From Bigelowiella natans CCMP2755 (taxonomy: Eukaryota > Protista > Cercozoa): 53,024 nucleotides of DNA. The DNA lies in the NCBI GenBank assembly GCA_000320545.1, contig ADNK01000951.1, forward strand, positions 1-53,024. Direction: 5' to 3'. The position numbers were made by a program, and so were the translations under genes. Shown here in pieces: positions 26,518-39,428 of this stretch (its first letter is position 1; every line of letters starts with the position of its first letter). The notes below the pieces were generated by a model, which was not told the DNA's origin, did no database searches, and saw only the letters and a program-made list of their open reading frames with translations.

Positions 26518-27869
26518 AGGACTCATGTGACATGTATGCAACAGTAATTGATAGTTTGCGTCGGAAATTATATAACATAGTATCAGGCTGGCGGCCTCAG
26601 TATAAAAAAAGACTTGGCAATTCGCATGCAATTTTGTTTTGCCCTGGTTTGATACTACCTGCACTTGCGTACCTCTGCCGTTGCACTGTTCACAAATTAA
26701 TGAAGTAGTACACAATGGCAAAGAGAGGGATCCCTCTTTGTTGCAGCATGAGCACATGGTCCAGCTACTACTAGCTAGCTAAGCAATGCCATGCAAACAC
26801 TGGCGCGTGCACCTAGCCACGCTAGCACGTCCAGACGTGTGCAATTGGACGTGTGCGAAAACTGAGTGCAGTGAACAGTTGCAATGTTGCAATGGCGGGA
26901 GCGTGTTTCGTGGTTGCACACCAGCACGTGCAGTCTACACAGCTAGACAGTGTCTGTTGTCACTCATTTGCATGTTGCATGCACACATGCTAGCATGCAT
27001 GCGACTTACGTGCTCTGGTACTGGCATGTTCCAGTGCTGCTGGCATGGCACACGTGCATGTTGGCTGTTTGTGAACACGTTGCGTGCACGTGCGTGTTGT
27101 GATCGAACTGCACACGCGCTCCTTGCAGCGCGCACTGCTGCGCGGGCACAAGTCACGTGCGACAACAAAGGGGTTGTCGCAGTCACAAAGTGTAGACAAC
27201 GTAGATGTCAACATGGTGTGGGCACGTGGGTTCCGGCGGGACCCATGGCAGCACACCGGAGTGTGCTGCCCCACGTGCGGCGACCTACAAGTGATGGACA
27301 CAACATCTCTCACCTGAACGGTTCGGAGCCAACAGCTCGCGTGCTAGGCTGGCGGCGAGGCTGCACGCTCCAGACGCTGTGGCACACAGTCCACCAGCTG
27401 TGCAACAGCTGCACGTTGCACACGCATGCATCGCAGCGCATGGCATGGCATGCATGATGATCGAACGAATGATAAACAGGAAATCAACTGCACGCGCTAG
27501 CGCGTGCAGTGTGACTAGCTAGCTAGATGAGAGTGCCGTGCATTTTCCGTGCGTCGATCATCATGCATCATCGCAGTGACTCGGGTGTGTGTGCATGCAT
27601 CACATATGGCATCAGCGCACATCGTAACAATTACCACACTGTTCGATTACCGATCCGAGCACACATCGTGGCCGCCCTGCGCATGCGAACAATCCGGCTC
27701 TTCTTGTCTTTAGCTAGCTAGCACCCGCTGGCCACAGTTCACATTTCAAGTTGTTCTACGCTTATTTCTCTCTTACATTTTTACTTCCATCCTTACATGT
27801 ACACACATTCTGTCCCTTTTAGGCACAAATTACTACGCTCGCATGGGGACTCAGAGTGGCAGTCGTCAT

Positions 27870-29048
27870 TCACGGCGTTCGGCGAGCTAGATTTAGACGA
27901 CCGAAGTCGTTACTTGACGAAATCATAGGATCCCTATGCTTCAACTCAGCTATCTCTTTACGCAGAGCTACGTTGTCCTTAGCTAAATCCTGAAAATGTT
28001 TAACTTTTTGCATGAACTCTTTCATGGCCTCTCGCTGCTCGTCTACGGTTTCAAGAGCCTTCATTGCCGCTAAGTGCTGGGTAGAAAGTACATCGTGTCG
28101 TCGTTGAAGTTGAAAGTACTCTTCACCAATCCTATTTATCTCCTCCTCGTAGAGTTTGCTTGATTTTGAGCGTCTTGATTGAAGCATCACCCGCATCTGA
28201 GCTGCGCGCTCCCGAAAGATTTCTTGGTTTTTCTAAGAAAAGTCAAGATGAAAGTTTATGAATTTGATACGTGTGGTATAGTGTTTGTGTGGGAAGAAAG
28301 GATAGGGGGGGGGAGAATATGCTGAGAATTATCTACATCTTTTTTACACAATAATAATATTGGTACATTAAAAAGTACATGTAGTCAATCTGTCTGACCT
28401 TCAGTACTGCTACTTCTCTTCGCTCAGTGAGAGTACCATCATCTTCCGATTCCGTTTTCCGTAAAGTCGTCTCGAGATTTGCCACTTTTTGCACCAGCAT
28501 TTTGACCAACAACTTTTCGTTTCTCAATGCCGAGGCAAGCGCTGTTGTGTAGCCTGAAGGATCTTTTCCGTTAGATACCTGGAAGCTGAGAATCCTGTGA
28601 ATATTTGCCTCCTTCTCCCTAATCTTACGTTGCATTTGGGCCATTTGCGTTTTCATTTTGTTCTTTTCTTGCTTTGTTGCTTGGAGTTGCTTCCTCAATG
28701 TAAGTATTTCGTCGCGTAGGTCGTCCTGACTCTTCGAATCCCTGTACTTCCTGGCAAATCGTTTTTTGCCCAAATCCGACCGGCTTCTCCGTATAGTAGG
28801 TGCAGTAAATGCTCTCTTCACAGTAGGCTTTTTAGGAAGACATGGAAGATCAAGCTGAAGCATGTCGATGTTAGACGTTTGTTTCGTCCGGGTATTTCCT
28901 GAAGGAAACACATATTGAAAATTGCTTCTTCACATCATGGATTCTTCATCTTACCCTGTTCGCGTTCCATTTCTCTCGCCAAGTTGCGAACATAGGATTC
29001 CCAGTCTTGATGTGTATTGCCAACACTACCAAGGTTTTTCTCCTCCAT
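27870..29048 (-). CDS. Coiled-coil protein resembling the IQCE N-terminal coiled coil (3 exons)
   Basis: MEEKNLG...EMEREQ|GNTR...KSQDDLRDEILTLRKQLQATKQEKNKMKTQM...LVQKVANLETTLR...|...LYEEEINRI. The similarity to IQCE is from memory of the family, not from a search. Confidence 0.7.
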
Positions 29049-29477
29049 TCTGAGCAGCCTAAGCAAAATGATTTGTGTATCCGTCAGTTACACCGCTCCA
29101 TCTCTATCTCCCTCCTCTGCCGTCGCAGGAAGAAATAACTGACTTTTCAAGGCCCAGGGGCGCAGTTCTTATCGGCGGTGGGATTGGGCGCGGTCCTGAG
29201 TCAGCCTTTTCCTGTTCCACTTCCTCAAAGCACCCCCAACGTCTCTTTCTTTCTCTCTCTTCTCTCAAGGGATAGAGACTGGATCCAACATCAACTTCAC
29301 TTTTGTCGTCAAGGGCTCGAAACAAGTGGCTTTATCATGCAAATTTCCCGTGCGACAAGGATTTATCATTGTCGCACACAACACACGTGCAAACATAAAA
29401 ACTGCACACCAAAGAACTCGGATTCGAAGGCGGACCCCCACCATTTCTACACGCTTTGCGTGTGTCCCCCAGATCTA

Positions 29478-31343
29478 ATGTCGACTGCTGCTAATTCGGA
29501 GCCCCCTGCGAAGAAGAGGAAATGGGGTGTGCCAAATCCTTCCCCGCAAGCTGCCGCTATGCCTGTCGACAGCAAAGCCAAGGCAGCGGAAGCAATTGCA
29601 AGGATCAACGCGATGTTCAAGCAGAAGCAACAGCAAAGTGGTGTTGCGGCTGCCCCTGCTATGGGCATTAAAGATCGTCTTGACAAGGCAGCGAGTACCG
29701 CTGCTAAGATCAATGCAATGTATTCGAAAAGTCAATCTGTTTTAGCTCAAGGTTTGAACTGAGGGGTTAGGGTGGGAGGAGGAGGAGGAGGAGGAGGAGG
29801 AGGAGGAGGAGAAGGACGAGATAGGGATGCAAAGGGGCAAGAGTTTGTGAATATCGAAAGAAGAGAAAGATAGTACACTTTCCCCATATTGGAATTTGGT
29901 GTGATCATAAATTAAATTCTAACTAAGCTGCCATTCTCTGCAGGCGACAGCAACACCGTAAAGGTGGATATCAACGACTGTAGCACTGTCGCACGGGTTC
30001 AGCTGACCCGATCCACGTGTCACCGAGACCTAGAGCAGAAGCATAAGGTTACCATTGCCGTGCGTGGGCGCTATATCGCACCCGGTACGCCGAATTTGTC
30101 CGGAGAGGAAAAGCTTCACCTCCTGATTCGTGGGCCGAACTCCATCAGCGTCCAGACTGCTAAGCAAGTTGTGGAGCAGATAAAAGCAAGGCATAATAAT
30201 CCAAGCGGGGGAGGACACACTAACACACACCAAACTCCGCCCTCTTTTCGTCCACCACCCGCCATCCAGAGAACAGTTGCGCCGACTGGCGCTCCGTTAG
30301 CAGCCGCACCGAGAAATCCGTGGGCGTGGGGCACTGGCGTCGCCTCCACCCCTCTCTCCAATGTTCCAATAACTCACTTCACACAAAAAGGCCTTGTCAA
30401 TGCTGGGGTTGCAGTCAACGCTGGCCCTGTGATGGGCGCGAACGAGGCACGGGGACTGGCGTTCGGCCTCCATCGACAGGATTTCACGAGGAAAAAGACT
30501 ATCAAGCTTCTTGTAGGCGTAGAGGTATGAAGTAGATTACGTGAATGCATTTGAAAATGAAGAGATATTTGAATCACATATTACCACTTTCATATGATCC
30601 GAAAGTTTCACGTGCAGAACGATGAAATGTATGACGTATTAAAGGTGAAGCTCGCCGACGGGTTCCCTTTGGTAGAGAAGATAACAGGGGTGCAGAACTC
30701 TTTCTTCGTCCACATTATGCAATATTGCCCTGGAACATTGCTTACTCTACACGGACAAGGTTCTAACAACGGTGGCAACGAGGCATTACACATTCGCATT
30801 TTCGGCAAGGTGGATGATAACCTGACGAGGGCCAAAAAGATGGCTGACGACCTGGTCTCCAACGTGCGCAAGCAATTTAAGGTTGTATTTAAGGTCATAG
30901 AATCGTCCCGTAGTTCGGACGCCAACTTCAAGCTGCTTGGTTTGAAATTTGTTCACTTTCTATGGTAAGGGGTGGAGTGATGAGGCCTCTACGCATATAT
31001 AATATTCTCCTCATTCTGTCCTTTTCGTTTATCATCCCGTTGACAGGCCTATAAGAAGGAAAAGCTCGAAAAAGCGCGTATGCTCAGCACAGCGGCACGT
31101 GTTCCTACCGCCGCAGCAGCATCCGCACCGTGGGCTGCGCTTGCAGCTGGGGGGGGAGGAGGAGGAGCTCCCGCCCCTGCTCCTCTACCTACACACTCTA
31201 CACCAATACCCCCTTCGTCGTCTTCTTCGACGATAGCTGGTGGTGCTGTTGCTGCTCCCCCTCCTCCTGCTTCAACAACGACAGTGGCAGCAACAGCCGA
31301 GGATGAGTATGATCCTCTCGCCGCCGGTTCGGACAGCGACTAA
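29478..31343 (+). CDS. KHDC4: KH-domain RNA-binding protein, KHDC4/BLOM7/RIK-like
   Basis: KKRKW, AAEAIARINAM, VDINDCSTVARVQLTR....IAVRGRY....EEKLHLLIRG, second KH FPLVEKITG.QNSFFVHI....LTLHGQGS....EALHIRI....LTRAKKMADDLVSNV. Four exons. Confidence 0.85.
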
Positions 31344-32393
31344 TGAACGGTGGTTGTAATGATGACGCAGGTACAGGCTGTTCCTTGGTGACAGAGAAAG
31401 AGAATGAAGGGGGGTTCGATCGGGGGGTGGTTATTAGGTTCTTGTTGGAGTCATCTCTTTTTTTGGATTTATGGACGCGTGTTATCTAAGATTTAGCTGT
31501 TTCTTGATTGATATTGAAAAGCTGTTGTGGTTCTGACACGCGAATTTTTTGTGTCTCTAAGTTTAAAACATATCAGACCAGAAAGAAACCCGGGGGTGTT
31601 GAATTTTTTAGACCACATGGATCGGTCAAAACTCCCACAAAGGCAAGTAATCATTCTTGCAACTATCCATTGTGTTCACAAGGAATTAGGCAAACCGATT
31701 TTGTTATAGTCCGAAGAGTGTAGAATGTCATGTTTCTTCCACCGGTGCAGTAAGTGAAGAGGAATTCCATCCATCCAGTTTCTTCAATGCGGCAAGCTAC
31801 ATCGTTTGATCAAGGCTGTGAGTGTGCATTGCTATTTTGTTTTTGTACCAGGTCAACATGCTGTGCAATATGTGCAGTTGCGTCCATGCCATAGCTAGAT
31901 AGTGTCAGTGAATAATTTGCGCATGTTTACGATCATGCTGAAAATACATCTTAGATGATGTGCAAGACGCCAGCTAGTAGATAGTCACTGATTCGCGCCG
32001 ACAGATACTAGAGATACCCATGAACACAACACAAGCCTACTACATGTGTAGTCTGTACTATGCGTGTCATAGCCCTGATATATAGCTCGATGCGCATGTC
32101 TAGATGTGCTAGTGCTTGCAAGAGTGTGCAGTTATCGCAAACAAATTGAACACAGTGATGCTAATAAGCAAAAGGCCAATTTACTGCTTTCTAGCTTTTG
32201 GCATTCTAGCATTATTATTGTAGCGTCGTTGTCCACGTCGTATGCGTCCCGCCGCCAGGCTAGCAGAATGCATCGACATCGCCCGATTACATGCATGCTA
32301 GCATGCATTGCTATGTAGTACGACAAGGCACGTACATGATCGATTTGTTCGTCGTTCCTGCATGCATGCTACATTTTCTTTATAACCAAAAGG

Positions 32394-34950
32394 CTACGGG
32401 TTGCTGCAAGCGCCACCACAAGGAAAATCTGGCAAAACGTAGAGATACTGCCCAATCTCATTCCTCAGAATCTCTTGATCCGACCGCTCTGAATTCTCAT
32501 CTGTTTCCTTTCTCGAGGTGGTGTATTTCTGATACTTGAATGCACCAGAGTGTTTCTCCCCTTTTCTAACATCACCAGACGGAAATACAAAAAGGAGAAT
32601 GAAGCCTTTCAAATTTTGCCTGGTATTTCGTGCCTGTCTCCACGCACGCTTCACACCTGCCGATTTCAGTCCGTGATCCTTGTTAAAAGTTATCTGAATG
32701 AGAACGAGGTACCCATTCCAGACAAAAAGAGAATCTATCGATTGAAGCGTACGCCAACTAGGTTCATAATATGTTCTATCCTCAAATTCGCAATCCTTAA
32801 AGTCTTTCTCATTGAAGAACTTGTGCCTAAAGTCGTTCATCTTTATTTCAAGCTGTTGACCTGATTTTTTATCATACGGTCTTTCTAGTGGTGTGGGTGA
32901 AAATGTCGGGCTGTCTTCGCAGAAATGGTGTCTCGTGACAATTTCTAACCAGTCTGCGGATCCTTGAGTACTTTCTGCACCTCTAGCTGCAAGTCTCACT
33001 CTATTCCAAGCAAACCCCAGCAACGCCTTTTTGTTTTTCTCCACAAGACACTTAATGATTTTTCTGCTCGCAAGAAAGAATATGAATGATGATCGATCCT
33101 CCCCTGGCTTGATATGAACTAATTGCCCTTTTGTTATGCTTGAAGGATGCCCATCTCTCATGTGAATACTATTGAAAAAATTGATGATATCTCCTTCCCT
33201 CGTTGCGCTAATAACGTGCTCCAATTTATAATCTACTTCAAAAAGCGGTCGCAACACAAGGCCCCAGATTTGCATTTTCCGTTTTACTTCTTCCTCAGAT
33301 ATGCGGCTATAGCATCTTCTCCTGAGGTCCAAAATCTCCACAGGCTTCCAATTCTTCATGCAAAGAAAGATAGACTTGCCCTTTCCGAAATAATCATTAA
33401 CATCTCTGTAACTATCACCCATAAGATTCGCGCGTTTTGGGGATATCCACCCAATACTAACATAGTCCCCAACCATAGGAGTAATCATCGGTCCAGCTGA
33501 AAAGGGATCTATGAAATTGAAGACCTTCCCTCCCCTTTCTAGTACATTATTTACGCCGGTTACAACTTCTGTCTTATTACATAATATTCGAATTTCACCA
33601 TTTGGTTGAATTATGAGCCATGTTTCAAAACGTTGCAAGACAAAATAATGTTCCGGATTTTCCTTTCGAAGCACATTAAGAGCTACTAGGGCAGTTGTAG
33701 TTTTGCCCATTCCTGGCGTACCAGTTATGAGTATCTGTCGTTGTTTTTTTGTATTTGCTCTTTGATCTCTCCAATAATGTCCATCATCTCCTTTCGAATG
33801 TAAAGTGTTGCGGGTGTGCGCTCGTTCGGAGGATCGTCCAATTTTAACAGATAATAACCCGTCTCTTTTTTATCACAAGGATTTCCCCTCTGCTCTTCGC
33901 TTTCCAGTATGGTTGGGTCTTCGATCGGTTCTAAGTCTGCCTCCATGATTTGGTTCAAGAAACGTATGGTAACTTCGGGGTTTTTTGGATCTCCCCAATT
34001 ATCCATGGAATAATAGTTTGACTCAGTGTATTTGGTAAATGTGCGTTTCGTTCCTGAAAAAGATGAATCTATTCACACTTTGCATTCCGAAGACACATGC
34101 AGCATGCAATAAGAATGTATGGATCTACGACAAAATTAATTGGAAGAATATATTATTATCACTGGCATTGTTCTCCGTCGATGTCAAAAAATACAAGAGA
34201 ACAATATATGTTGAAGAGTATATAAAGCATGGTCGTATTTAATAGGAAACTAAAATGCAAAAGGTGCCATTGAATAAAATATCTTGATTCCTTTGGAGTT
34301 GAACCCCACCAATTAGATCCATACTCCTATCAATAATCTTCTCTATGTCCAATTTGAGACTCGCAATCTGGTCTTTCTTACTCGCAATCCGGTCTTTCTT
34401 TGCCTCAACCAACTTATCGTATCTGTTCTCTGTCAATATACCTGCTTCGAACTTCTTGTCCAATTCCTTCAATTCCTCTTCTAGTTCCTTCAATTCTTGT
34501 GTTAGTTCCTTCAATTCCTGTTCTCTTTTATTGACCTCCAATTGCCGACTCTTATTGATCTCCAATTGCCGACTCTTACTCGCAATCTCGTCTTTCTTAT
34601 TCGCAACCAGCTTATCGTATCTGTTCTCTGTCAATATACCTGCTCCGAACTTCTTGTCCAATTCCTTCAATTCCTCTTCTAGTTCCTTCAATTCCTGTTC
34701 TCTTTTATTGACCTCCAATTGCCGACTCTTACTCGCAATCTCGTCTTTCTTATTCGCAACCAGCTTATCATATCGGTTCTCTGTCAATGTACCTGCTTCG
34801 AACTTGTTGTGCAGTTCCTTCAATTCCTGTTCTAGTTCATCGAGTGTCTTTTCCAAGCTTTCTATTCTTTTCTCATTAGCTTTCAAATCGGCATTAAAAA
34901 GATCCCCCGGTTGATGTTCTGTCTTTTTCGATGGAGATGGACAATCCTGC
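32394..34950 (-). CDS. Crinkler/RHS-type protein: repeat coiled coil, P-loop NTPase and PD-(D/E)xK nuclease; contains a -1 frameshift at 33743-33750; further 5' exons possible up to ~35780
   Basis: TLYIR..M..I followed (after the frameshift) by ILITGTPGMGKTT (Walker A), WISP, MKNW...EI, WGLVLRPLF, LVHI.P, FLASRKI, WLEIVTRH, YYEPSWRTLQSIDSL....LVLIQITFNKDHGLK, LLFVFP, QYLYVL. This is the typical CR-NTPase plus CR-REase motif order. Confidence 0.8.
34360..34835 (-). repeat. Coding tandem repeat, about 3 near-identical units (~153 bp core) with nested 21-24 bp sub-duplications
   Basis: ELKELEEELKELDKKFEAGILTENRYDKLVANKKDEIASKSRQLEVNKREQ recurs about three times; the nucleotide anchor cttactcgcaatc occurs at ~34377, ~34575 and ~34728. 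Confidence 0.95.
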
Positions 34951-36131
34951 AGAATGGCAATTAACCAATCCACAACATTCCATGTGATCAATAACGAAAT
35001 CGATAGAATAAACGATTACATCGTCGTACAAACAGAATAGAATTCATGCACAATTACACTCTCACTCTCTCTCAGATTTTTCGGTATTTTGAATTGTCCC
35101 GCAGTATTCCAAGACAATAACAGAGGAGGAACCACACAATCGCAAAAAACAAGATAGACACATCATATGTCGATTTGGTAAAAGGTAAAATATCGTAAAT
35201 TTTGCGTATAGTCGATCCGAAAGAAAGCAGATTTTGCGCATAATATGTACATATCTGGCACAACTTCTATCGTCATGTAAGTGTTCAGTGATGAAATATG
35301 CAGAATTTTAAGTACAAAAATATGACGATGTATAATAGTAGTATCCTTGTAATAGAGGTACATTTTATCAGTAGCGTCATCATTATAACAGCAGCATCCT
35401 CATAGTACTTCATCGTATAAATAACATCATCTTTTAATTTTACATCTTCTTCCATAACGTTGAGTTTTGGTGCCTGTAATTATCATCATTCGGATCGGTC
35501 ATGCATCAAAATCATATTTTGATGTTAGGATTCCTAAACGTGGCATCGATATCTTGCTGCAAGTACACTCCTAGTCTACATGAGAGGAATTTTTGGATGT
35601 TTCAAGGAACAGTCGAATTTTTTATTTTCTTGCCATCTGCTCATCATGAGAGGCAATGAGGGCTTGTACTGTTCAAGTAGATCCCACCACTGCTACTTCC
35701 CACCAATGACCTGTGCGGCTTCGACAATTCTTGATTTCTTGGTTTTCCTTCTTTGCTCCCTGCAGTGCTGCGGTCTTTTCATCTTGAGTAGCAAGCAAGC
35801 AAAAGGAAAGCACTGACGTGAGTGAAGTGAGTTTTGAGTTTCGATTCATGACTACCGCACAAGAAGAGCCAGGACATTTCTGTCCTGTGACAACGAAACA
35901 GCGAAAATATGTGATGAGACACTTGTTCACAAGAATTTTGATGTCTCAGTGCGGAAATACATGGGATTCCCTAGGATTCCATGCGTACGTCTGGACCCAC
36001 AGTGTTGTGTTCACTGCCAAGAATGACCGAAAAAATAATAATATTTACATTAGCGCTTCCCGCCAAAAAGAGACTAAAAGGAAGTTGCCTCGAAAGAGGA
36101 CGGACAAGCTCGGAACCGACAACCCTTTCCT

Positions 36132-37819
36132 ATGAATGAATCATCCTGCTCCCTCTTCCAAGCGATGCTGTTGTCGTTGATAGGCGCGCTGTTTATTGGG
36201 CCACTGCTGGTACAGCCCTTATTGGGAATGGAGAGTCCAGGATCATCACCGAACCCCTACGACGGGAATCTCACGGTCATTCGATTCTCCTTCTGCTTTT
36301 TAGCATCCTTTGCGCGAATTCATTCGCATTTTGCTCGCCCGCTCCCAATTATAAATTCGAAATAAATAGGGGATTGTAAGTTTTAAATTTGGGTGTGGAT
36401 GATTATTTTTATCACCTGTTCTGAAAACCGCTTAGCCCTCAATGGATGGTTCTTGGCTTCCACGCCAGCCTGAAAATGTAGATACAAGTTCCCATTGGAA
36501 GGGCCTCAAGGTGTGTGAATTGTAAAGAATGTGGAATGGAAAAATGGGGGAGTGGGGAAATTTTTCTTTGCCTCACATCATTTGATTGCTTTGGAACCAG
36601 ACGGATCGAAGGAAGCAAAAGAAGATTGAACAAGCCCAACTTCGTCAACAAGGGGAGGTGAACCGCACTCGTCTCTCTAACATCTATAGTATTTCCTGCG
36701 TCTTTGATTGCCGTTAATATCCTTGGGGAAACACTTAGGTTGTAAGACTTCTGCAAGAGCTCGAGGCATCTCGGATTAGAGATATTAGGCGAATGGAGCG
36801 ATTTAGAGAGAAATTGCGAACCTTACCCAGATCTGTACAGGTTGTATCGATGGGGGTCAATACTACGAGAACTATATATCATATATGTGGTGGTGTGGAA
36901 TGTATAAGATTGTGTGTGTATCAAAAATATGAGAGCGTTTGGCGTCGTGCAGCTGGTCATTTATCATTGACGTGTTTACCAGGAATTAATATTCGACAAC
37001 CACGTGGAAATTTCGAGACTTTGTGGGCTGTTGAGGGGACTTGGCTGCCCCCCACCCCCTGAGGCCTCTATCACAGACCACCAATTTGATCCTTTAACTC
37101 CGGAGGAAATGGAGTCTCCCTACTTTTCAGGCGGCAATGGCAAAGATTCAAGCACCTTGCCTGCCTCGCTGTTCTCCTCGCGTCCAATATCCCCATCTCC
37201 GAGGAGAGGGAGAAGTTCGCGGAGGATGTGGCACAGAGGGCACGATGAGCAGCTAGACGCCAACGAAGCACACAGCGGCTTCCCAACAGCAGAAGGTCAA
37301 ATGTCACCGCTCCTCGGCAGAGAGGAGCACCATGAAGAAAAGTTAGAGGTAAAGATAAATATATTTGATACTACCAACAAAATGCATAACATAACGTCCT
37401 ATTTGTCGGGAATTTGCTGCATGACATTAATGATTAGCGGAAGTCAACTCGCAGCTCTTTACGGAGTTCCCCCACCCCTCGAGGGGAAAAGTCAAGAAAC
37501 ACAGCCGCCATAATTGCTGGGCAGCAGTCGCCCATTGCACCTCGCATCCCAGCGCAAGAACCAGAGCTATACAAGCTGCTCCTGAAGACAGAGGTAGAAG
37601 GCTGGAAAAGCGGGTACGAAATTGCACGCATCCAGGGCTCCCAAAAGTTTGATCGGGATATTGCTAAAGCGCTGAGAGAGCTCCGCATCAAAAAGTAATA
37701 CAAGCAGGAAGCAGAGTCCTCATTGTCATCGTTCACTGCAAAAGCGAAATAAGCAGCGCTCTCACGTGATAGCTTAGGAACACCGTCTTTTTGGATCCAG
37801 GAGATATCTAGCAATATGG

Positions 37820-37902
<83 letters not shown>

Positions 37903-39428
37903 ATTTTTATGCGTTATATACAGAGAATTAGAACAAGATTGCGTTGCGTTTGTTTGCAGGCGGGACACAATCAGAAAGCTGGAGCACAAATTTAACACAC
38001 GACTGGAAGATAGCATGTCTGTGTGAATGAAGTCAATAGCAAATCAAAATGCTAGGGAACATATTGCTGCTGTTATAAGAGGGAGAGGAATCAGTTTCTG
38101 TAGCACGTTCATTCATAGCAATATTTCTTGTTTGTATCCTGCACGCCATTGAATCGTCCCAGAAAAAAGAAGATTTTGGAAGAAGACTTCGATGTGTCCC
38201 TCCTACCCTTTCTTACTCGACTCTTATTTCTTGTTGTGCAGAATGCGAGTCGACAAAGAAGTTTTGCGAAATCGTCTGGTAACATCATCATCATCATCAT
38301 CATCATCATTATCATCCAACCTTTTATCGCCCTACTAATGCTGCATTGCCATGCTTCCAGAGCGACATAACGACTAAGATTTCCGACCAATGCGATCTTG
38401 TGGAAAATGACCTCACATCGGTACGACTGAAGTATCAGTAGTACCTCAACAAATCGCTACCGCACATTGTAGTAATGTTCAAACGCTTTAATGAATGTAT
38501 GAATATTCGGTTTCTGCTGTCGTCGCACATAACTCGATCACTTGCTTCATCGTTTTTATTAAGTTGCGGTGAGATTTGTAGGCTTAATAGGTTGTATCTG
38601 TATATTAAAATATGTTACATGGAATACAGTCATCTAATTTTGATGACCACCACTCCGAGTGGCCGCAAGGCTGTTGTACTGATATTTTGCCCCCCCCCCC
38701 CCCCCCCCGATTGATTTGGAATGCTGCTCATCGACAGGAAACACAAAACTTGCAGCTCGGTTACATAACGGAGATAGGGGACCACTGGCAAGATGCGGAC
38801 TTGCAAGTCAGTTAAGACTGCTACATGAAGGAGGGAGGGGGAGGGGATGGGACGATGGTGGATGAAACGTTGAGCGGCAACAGTTTTGCTAGATCACAGA
38901 TTGACACAGAATGGCATTTCTCCATCCGCAGATTTTTATGTATTTAATAGGATGGTACACAGAAAGGGAAAACACCTCGACATCTCACTACTATCTATCA
39001 TTCAGTTGCGACGGCTAAGTGAGGACTTTGCCGGAGGGATTAGCTACATAGGGAAGGTGTGTGGTGTCCAATACGATTTGATTGTCCATGTTCTTGGTGG
39101 TGGTGACGGCTGATTGGATTTGAGAAAGAGTCATCAGCACGTCACTCATATGAATGTACTACGATAACCACACAGGCAGCGGAAACGAAGCGATGTGAAG
39201 CTGGTCAAAAAATTCGAGACGACCACGAACGGTGCATAAAAGACCTGGTTAACAAATACATCGACGAGCTGAAGTGAGTGGCGACGAGCACACAGCAACT
39301 AGAAAATCGTGCCAAAAGAGAAACATGTTTGGGCAAAAGTAGTAGGTGTAAGTAGCGTAAATAATACGAACTTTCGGCCTATTTGTAGTTGGGATTATTG
39401 GTTGAGACGAGAATATAAGAGGAGATGA
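36132..39428 (+). CDS. Hypothetical multi-exon protein with an N-terminal signal/TM segment and a helical C-terminal region
   Basis: MNESSCSLFQAMLLSLIGALFIGPLLVQPLLG followed by ~13 phase-consistent GT-AG exons ending ...IKDLVNKYIDELN|WDYWLRREYKRR* (TGA 39426-39428). No domain recognised. Confidence 0.6.

Noticed and set aside
26786-27457. 223-aa Cys/His-rich ORF as a real gene
   Set aside because: It is open because TpA, and hence TAA/TAG stops, is scarce here. Its composition mirrors the TG/CA-rich spacer and it has no domain motif.
34345-34914. 189-aa Ser/Leu-rich plus-strand ORF
   Set aside because: Antisense shadow of the E/K-rich repeat exon.
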